Below are positions 59,358-64,000 of a DNA stretch of 64,000 bases, in pieces; position 1 is the first letter of the stretch, and the number at the start of each line of letters is the position of its first letter. The notes beneath the pieces were generated by a model that saw nothing but the letters and a program-made list of their open reading frames with translations, made no database searches and was not told the origin of the DNA. The stretch spans positions 1,440,001 through 1,504,000 of the forward strand of contig OZ242010.1 of the NCBI GenBank assembly GCA_965204745.1, written 5' to 3'. The stretch is from Candidatus Latescibacterota bacterium. Its GTDB lineage: Bacteria; Latescibacterota; UBA2968. Position numbers and translations under genes: made by a program.

Positions 59358-59434
59358 TGTGTTCTCCTCTTTTATGATAAAGCGGTGTTTCTTACCGCTC
59401 ACACGCCCTTTCGCAAAGCCCATCTTTTAGGGTT

Positions 59435-59592
59435 AAGGGGTCTGACCTATCCCCCTGGCTCACTCGTTTTGCCCTTCGATTTTGGGTAGCCAGGCGGGGA
59501 CTGGCCCCTGATCGTTTCGCCGCTGGGTGCGAGGACAGGCACGGGGGTCTGTCCCTACGGTTGATGGGCCGTAGCGGACTGACCCCTGACCA
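59435..59592. repeat. GGGGTCTG(A/T)CCC-type hairpins and a REP variant
   Basis: aggggtctgacc..ccctggct / agccagg..ggcccct; ggacaggcacgggggtctgtccctac. Confidence 0.55.
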
Positions 59593-60570
59593 CTAAACAT
59601 CCCCCGCCACGCGGTCGTAGAAGGACACGTATTGATCGCGGTTGTTGCCGTCGAGGAGGGACATGGCTTCGCGGGGGTGTTGGTTGTGCTGACCGGTGAT
59701 ATTGTAGGGCACGAGAGGCCCCCACGTCATCTCGCGGCGCAATTTGACGAAATGCGCTTCCAACAACTGATAGACCGGGCGAACCTTGAACTTGGGATTA
59801 CGCAGAAACCCGAGTAGCAATTCCATCGGACAATTGCCCGCGCCGCGTCCCAAGCCATCCACAGTGGCATCCACCCGGTTCGCGCCCAAAATAATGGCTT
59901 CGATGGTATTGGCAAAGGCCAGTTGCTGGTTGTTGTGTGCGTGAATGCCCACCTCTTTGCCCGTAGTGTGGGTGGCGTCCAGATATTTTCGCACGAGCAT
60001 ATCCACTTGTTCGCGGTACAGCGCGCCAAAGCTATCGACAACGCATATCGTACCCACCGGGGTTTCCAGCAGCACTTCCAATGCCTGATCGATCTCCACA
60101 TCTTGCACGGTCGAAATCGCCATGATATTGCAACTCGTTTCGTACCCCTTCTCATGGGCATCGCACACCATTTCAACGGCCTCGGGAATTTGCTCGACAT
60201 AGCACGCCACGCGCACCATATCGACCACGCTCTCGCTGCTCGGCAAAATGTCTTTGGCCCAATCGCTCTTGCCCGCATCGGCCATGATCGCCAGTTTCAT
60301 GCCCGTGGCTTCGGGGTCGTGATCCCCGGTGATTTTGCGAATGTCCTCTTCGTCGCTGTGCCGGAACGCGCCAAATTCCGCCGGGGGAAACATCTCTTTG
60401 GAGTTCCGGTACCCGATCTCCATGTAATCCACGCCCGCCGCAACGCAGGTTTCGTACACGGCTTTGACAAAATCATCGCCAAAATGATGGTCGTTCATCA
60501 GACCGCCATCCCGGATCGTACAATCGAGTACTTTGAGTTCCGGGCGATACGTAATCCAAGGTGCCTTCAT
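59593..60570 (-). CDS. HMGL-like / aldolase catalytic-domain (DRE-TIM) protein
   Basis: LDCTIRDGG, VDSFG, HAHNNQQLAFAN, GLGRGAGNC. Confidence 0.88.
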   Translation of the reverse strand: MKAPWITYRPELKVLDCTIRDGGLMNDHHFGDDFVKAVYETCVAAGVDYMEIGYRNSKEMFPPAEFGAFRHSDEEDIRKITGDHDPEATGMKLAIMADAGKSDWAKDILPSSESVVDMVRVACYVEQIPEAVEMVCDAHEKGYETSCNIMAISTVQDVEIDQALEVLLETPVGTICVVDSFGALYREQVDMLVRKYLDATHTTGKEVGIHAHNNQQLAFANTIEAIILGANRVDATVDGLGRGAGNCPMELLLGFLRNPKFKVRPVYQLLEAHFVKLRREMTWGPLVPYNITGQHNQHPREAMSLLDGNNRDQYVSFYDRVAGDV

Positions 60571-60697
60571 AAAAAATCCTTTCTAAAAAAATGGGAACGC
60601 GGATGAACGCGGCCGAGATAACCCTCTGTCGGAGTTGTACAACGTTGGTGAAAGAGGGATCGACTTTGGAAAACATCTTTGGTCTCGACATAATTTT

Positions 60698-61963
60698 CTA
60701 ATCGCTCTTGATCTCCCACCGCACCAGATGGTAGCCGCGTTTGCCGCGGCGCAAGACGAGGTGTTCTCCCGCGAGTCTTTCAGAGGAGTCTAAAATTCGG
60801 CGCGTATCGGTGCAGCGTTGCCCGTTGATGGAGATGGCGCCGTTCGCGATGTCTTCTCGAGCTTGGCGTTTGGACGATGAAATTCGGGCAACTACGAGCA
60901 AATCGATCAACCCGATTTCATCTGTGCTCTCAAGCGCGTAGGATGGCACATCGCTGAATCCTTCTTCGATCTCTCTCGCGGTCAAATCGCGCAACTCGCC
61001 GTAGAACAAGGCGTTGGAAATCCGCTGGGCGCGTTGGGTCGCCGCTTTGTCGTGGACCAGCGTGGTCAGTTCTTCGGCCAGCACGCGCTGCGCCTCGCGC
61101 TTTTCTGGGCGTTCTCGCACCTCTGTTGCCAGATCGAGAAGCGCATCTTTCGGCAAAAAGGTGAGCAGCTTCAAAAATTGCATCACGTCGCGGTCGTCTG
61201 CGTTGATCCAGCATTGGTAGAACTGGTAGGGCGTTGTTTTGTTTGCGTCCAGCCAAACCGCGCCAGATTCGGTCTTGCCGAATTTGGTGCCATCTGCCTT
61301 TTGCAACAAGGGGAATGTCAGGCCGTACGCCTGCTGGTTCAGCCGCCTGCGAAGCAACTCGATCCCGGCGGTGATATTGCCCCACTGATCGCTGCCGCCG
61401 ATCTGGAGTTCACAGCCGTACTGGGCGTGCAGTTCTGCAAAGTCGTACGCCTGTAAGACCATGTAACTAAATTCGGTAAATGAAATCCCGGTCTTGAGCC
61501 GCGACGACACGGATTCCTTCGCCAGCATGTAGCCCATGGAAAAGTGCTTGCCCACATCGCGCAAAAATTCAATCGCCTTGAGCTCGGACAGCCAGCCCAA
61601 ATTGCTCACCACCCGCGCCGGATTTGACTTGGCCTCAAAATCCAAAAATTTCGCCAACTGCGCGGTCTGTCGCTCGGTATAAGCCGCCACGACCTCGGGC
61701 GTATTCAATGCGCGCTCCTCTGTTTTGCCACCCGGATCGCCGATCAACCCGGTGCCGCCGCCGATCAAGCCAATGGGATGATGCCCTGCCAGTTGAAAAC
61801 GCCGCAAGCCCAAAATCGGAATCAGATTGCCCACCTGCAGGCTATCCGCGGTCGGGTCAAACCCGCAATACAGCGTCACAGGCCCGGCGGACAACCGCTT
61901 GCGTAGGCCATCCGTCATCTGAAAAATAGAGTTGCGAAACGCCAAATCGTCTAATACATCCAT
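60698..61963 (-). CDS. tyrS: Tyrosine--tRNA ligase
   Basis: YCGFDPTADSL, QIGGSDQWGN, KFGKT, C-terminal S4 domain RRGK. Confidence 0.97.
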   Translation of the reverse strand: MDVLDDLAFRNSIFQMTDGLRKRLSAGPVTLYCGFDPTADSLQVGNLIPILGLRRFQLAGHHPIGLIGGGTGLIGDPGGKTEERALNTPEVVAAYTERQTAQLAKFLDFEAKSNPARVVSNLGWLSELKAIEFLRDVGKHFSMGYMLAKESVSSRLKTGISFTEFSYMVLQAYDFAELHAQYGCELQIGGSDQWGNITAGIELLRRRLNQQAYGLTFPLLQKADGTKFGKTESGAVWLDANKTTPYQFYQCWINADDRDVMQFLKLLTFLPKDALLDLATEVRERPEKREAQRVLAEELTTLVHDKAATQRAQRISNALFYGELRDLTAREIEEGFSDVPSYALESTDEIGLIDLLVVARISSSKRQAREDIANGAISINGQRCTDTRRILDSSERLAGEHLVLRRGKRGYHLVRWEIKSD

Positions 61964-61982
61964 CGTTTGTCTCCAAAAATGC

Positions 61983-62198
61983 AGTGGTCAGGCCGCCCCG
62001 CTCAACCCCTTCGGTAAGACGTAAGAGGTGAGACGTAAGAGGTGAGACGTAGGGGCGATGCCCCTGTGCTCGCCCGAAGATAAATGCAGTGGTCAGTAGT
62101 CAGTAGTCAGTGGTCAGTCCCCGCCCAACAACCCCAAAAGACGAGAAGCGAATTGTAGGGACGATGCCCCCGTGCTCGCCCGAAAATCAGTGGTCAGT
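61983..62198 (+). repeat. BIME-like mosaic (heptamers plus REPs at 62049 and 62155)
   Basis: Matches 16467-16625. Confidence 0.8.
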
Positions 62199-62356
62199 GG
62201 CGTGAAGAGCTATTGCCTACTTGTTTGGGGATTGCAAAAAGACAGGCTCCTTCGGAGATTGGGCATAGTTGTCACCGCAACAACTTACCCGTTCTCACCT
62301 TTCTCACCAGGAACCTGTCATGCCCAAGATAGCCTCTTCCAAGACCTCCGTCAAGT
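62199..62356 (+). mobile_element. IS5/IS903-group left-end remnant with the first transposase codons
   Basis: GCTATTGCC..TTGCAAAAAGACAGGCTCCTTCG..ATGCCCAAGATA, as in the reverse complement of 5200-5352. Confidence 0.75.
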
Positions 62357-62409
62357 TCCGAGTACGAGGACAAGCACAGGGGCCTGTCCCTACGAGCAAA
62401 CTGGTATAA

Positions 62410-63339
62410 TTACTGCTCCTGCCTCTCCGAGCGATTGGGCAATAAAAATACGCCATTGAAAGAACGGGTGGACGCTTCTTCCAAAAACGCGACCTCGGCT
62501 TCAAAATCGCGCCGAATGACCGTGCGGTCCGCGGTGTCTTCAACACTGGCCTCGAGTTGCCGATCCAGCAAATCGAAAATTTTGCGCCGCACCGCTGCCT
62601 TCATCGCGCCTGCGTCAAAGCACGTTTGGCGAAACGCCTCAACCTGCGCTGAGGATGGCAACAGGGATTCCAAATCCAATGCCAGTGCCAAAATGAGATT
62701 GCGTAACAACCCGTCATACGTGCGCCCATCGACCGCGGATTCCAACTCGACCAGCGCGGATTGGGGAATGGAGCGCGAAAACGCGAGACGTCGAAGCGCG
62801 GTCGCATAAGCCGCGTAATCCCGCTTGGGGTCCACCAGTTGTGGAACTTCTTCCTCGTCATCCGGCGGGCGGTACCAAGTCTCGGGGATGGCTTTTGCCC
62901 AGCGGGACACATCGCGGTATTCCGGTTGCAAAACAGTCACCTCGGGCCGCAGCAACAGCAAGCGACACTCGCGGACCATCTCTTGCAAGCGGAAAAACGC
63001 GATCTCGTACCCGCGCTTGCGGCAACCTTCAAAATCGCCCTGCGCGATGATCTCCACCGCCCGATTCAAGTCGCCCTCTGCATTCGCCTCCAAGCCCAAG
63101 TCCAGCGCAATCAACGCCTGCCGCACCCCGTGTTCTAACTCCTCGCGCCGAATGGCAATGCCCGACCGGTTGCGCTTGCCATAGTGCAAGCCCCGCACGC
63201 GCAAAAAGCCCAACAGCGCGTCCCCGGCATTGGGCGGCAACTTTTCAAAGCGCGTGCCCAATTCAAGGGCCTGCCCGACAAAGCTCTCTGAATCGATGCG
63301 AAACCGGCTTAAATCCAGCCTTGCGAGTGGGTTTTGCAT
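62410..63339 (-). CDS. Hypothetical helical protein
   Basis: 309-aa ORF with GAGGA RBS and protein-like composition; no motif recognised. Confidence 0.7.
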   Translation of the reverse strand: MQNPLARLDLSRFRIDSESFVGQALELGTRFEKLPPNAGDALLGFLRVRGLHYGKRNRSGIAIRREELEHGVRQALIALDLGLEANAEGDLNRAVEIIAQGDFEGCRKRGYEIAFFRLQEMVRECRLLLLRPEVTVLQPEYRDVSRWAKAIPETWYRPPDDEEEVPQLVDPKRDYAAYATALRRLAFSRSIPQSALVELESAVDGRTYDGLLRNLILALALDLESLLPSSAQVEAFRQTCFDAGAMKAAVRRKIFDLLDRQLEASVEDTADRTVIRRDFEAEVAFLEEASTRSFNGVFLLPNRSERQEQ

Positions 63340-63360
63340 GGGAAATCCTCAGTCGTCAGC

Positions 63361-63512
63361 AAAAGGCGTGAGAGGCAAAAGGCGTGAGAGGCAAGATGTG
63401 AGAGGCGAGAGGCGTGAGAGGCAAGACGCGAGAGGCAAGACGTGAGAGGCAAGACGTGAGAGGCGAGACGTGAGAGGCAAGACGCGAGAGGCAAGACGTG
63501 AGAGGCGAGAAG
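63361..63512. repeat. Heptamer tandem array (gtgagag/gcaagac)n
   Basis: About 20 consecutive 7-mer units. Confidence 0.9.
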
Positions 63513-63589
63513 GCCGCCCCACCACCACCCGTGCGGCCTCACCTCCCTTCCCCGCCACCCGTGCGTTCCCGTCCCGTCCCCACCCCGCC

Positions 63590-63670
63590 CCCGTGCTCGC
63601 CCGAAGATAAATGCAGTGGTCAGTTGTCAGTCCCTGCCCAAAACCGAGACGCGAGACCGTAGGGGCGTCA
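63590..63670 (+). repeat. REP/heptamer mosaic remnant
   Basis: ccccgtgctcgcccgaagataaatgcagtggtcag..gagaccgtaggggcg. Confidence 0.7.
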
Positions 63671-63715
63671 CTCCTGCGGAATCAGGCGTCCAGTGACTTT
63701 GCGGTTTTAATCCGC

Positions 63716-64000
63716 TCACTCCCTCTCCACATACACATAGTACGCGCCGAGGGAGAGGTCGTTGCCATCGGTGAGTTCGGTTTCGAGGCTGGTCTCGCCG
63801 GCGTCGAGGGTGTAGGTGAACGCAATCCCTTTGTCATTGGGGCCGATGGATTGCGTTTTTTTTGTACCGCCGACGCGGATGCGCGCGGTGGTCACGGCGA
63901 TGGCGTTGCCCCCGTAATAGGGCGTGAGTTTGCCGGGGATGCCCTCGGCGATGGCGCGGTCTTCTTCGCGCGGCCAGCGGCGCAGTTCAAAGGTGTAGGT
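63716..64000 (-). CDS. C-terminal domain of a probable arylsulfatase (partial)
   Basis: Manual translation TYTFELRRWPREED..LDAGETSLET..GAYYVYVERE*. Confidence 0.65.
   Translation of the reverse strand, partial: TYTFELRRWPREEDRAIAEGIPGKLTPYYGGNAIAVTTARIRVGGTKKTQSIGPNDKGIAFTYTLDAGETSLETELTDGNDLSLGAYYVYVERE

Noticed and set aside
59360-59530. Structured region upstream of the ankyrin/trp genes as a riboswitch or attenuator
   Set aside because: No recognisable aptamer consensus or Trp-rich leader peptide; stems resemble the GGGGTCTGACCC repeat family
63704-63717. GTTTTAATCCGCTC, 13/14 match to one end of the CRISPR repeat, at the sulfatase stop codon
   Set aside because: Too short; the rest of the repeat is absent and chance is plausible in 64 kb

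Overview
Bacterial chromosomal window, GC-rich by eye. The gene mix (TMTC-like TPR protein, ankyrin protein, PhyH dioxygenase, sulfatase, dockerin-like 'DFNGDGEVGFPDFL' surface protein) suggests a Latescibacterota/Gemmatimonadota-type, possibly sponge-associated, organism; this is inference only. The centre holds a complete minus-strand type I-C CRISPR-Cas locus (cas3-cas5-cas8c[cas11]-cas7-cas4-cas1-cas2) with a ~14 kb array of roughly 195 37-bp repeats. It is flanked by housekeeping and metabolic genes (trpC/F, trpB/A, aroA, tyrS, tsaE, oadGBA, dipeptide ABC permeases), decayed IS5/IS982 elements, and many REP/heptamer mosaic intergenic repeats. Main observations: (1) solitary degenerate CRISPR repeats sit inside the cas operon, one abutting the cas4 start codon and one supplying the cas4 stop codon just upstream of cas1, with a third in the leader, suggesting Cas5d-mediated processing of the cas mRNA; (2) old spacers translate into phiX174-like (Microviridae) capsid F and Rep A peptides, including synonymous-variant re-acquisitions; (3) one spacer carries a hammerhead-ribozyme core; (4) IS ends and a mini-hairpin element appear to target short tandem repeats, and repeats are read in-frame into one gene. 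All calls come from reading the sequence; no searches were run.
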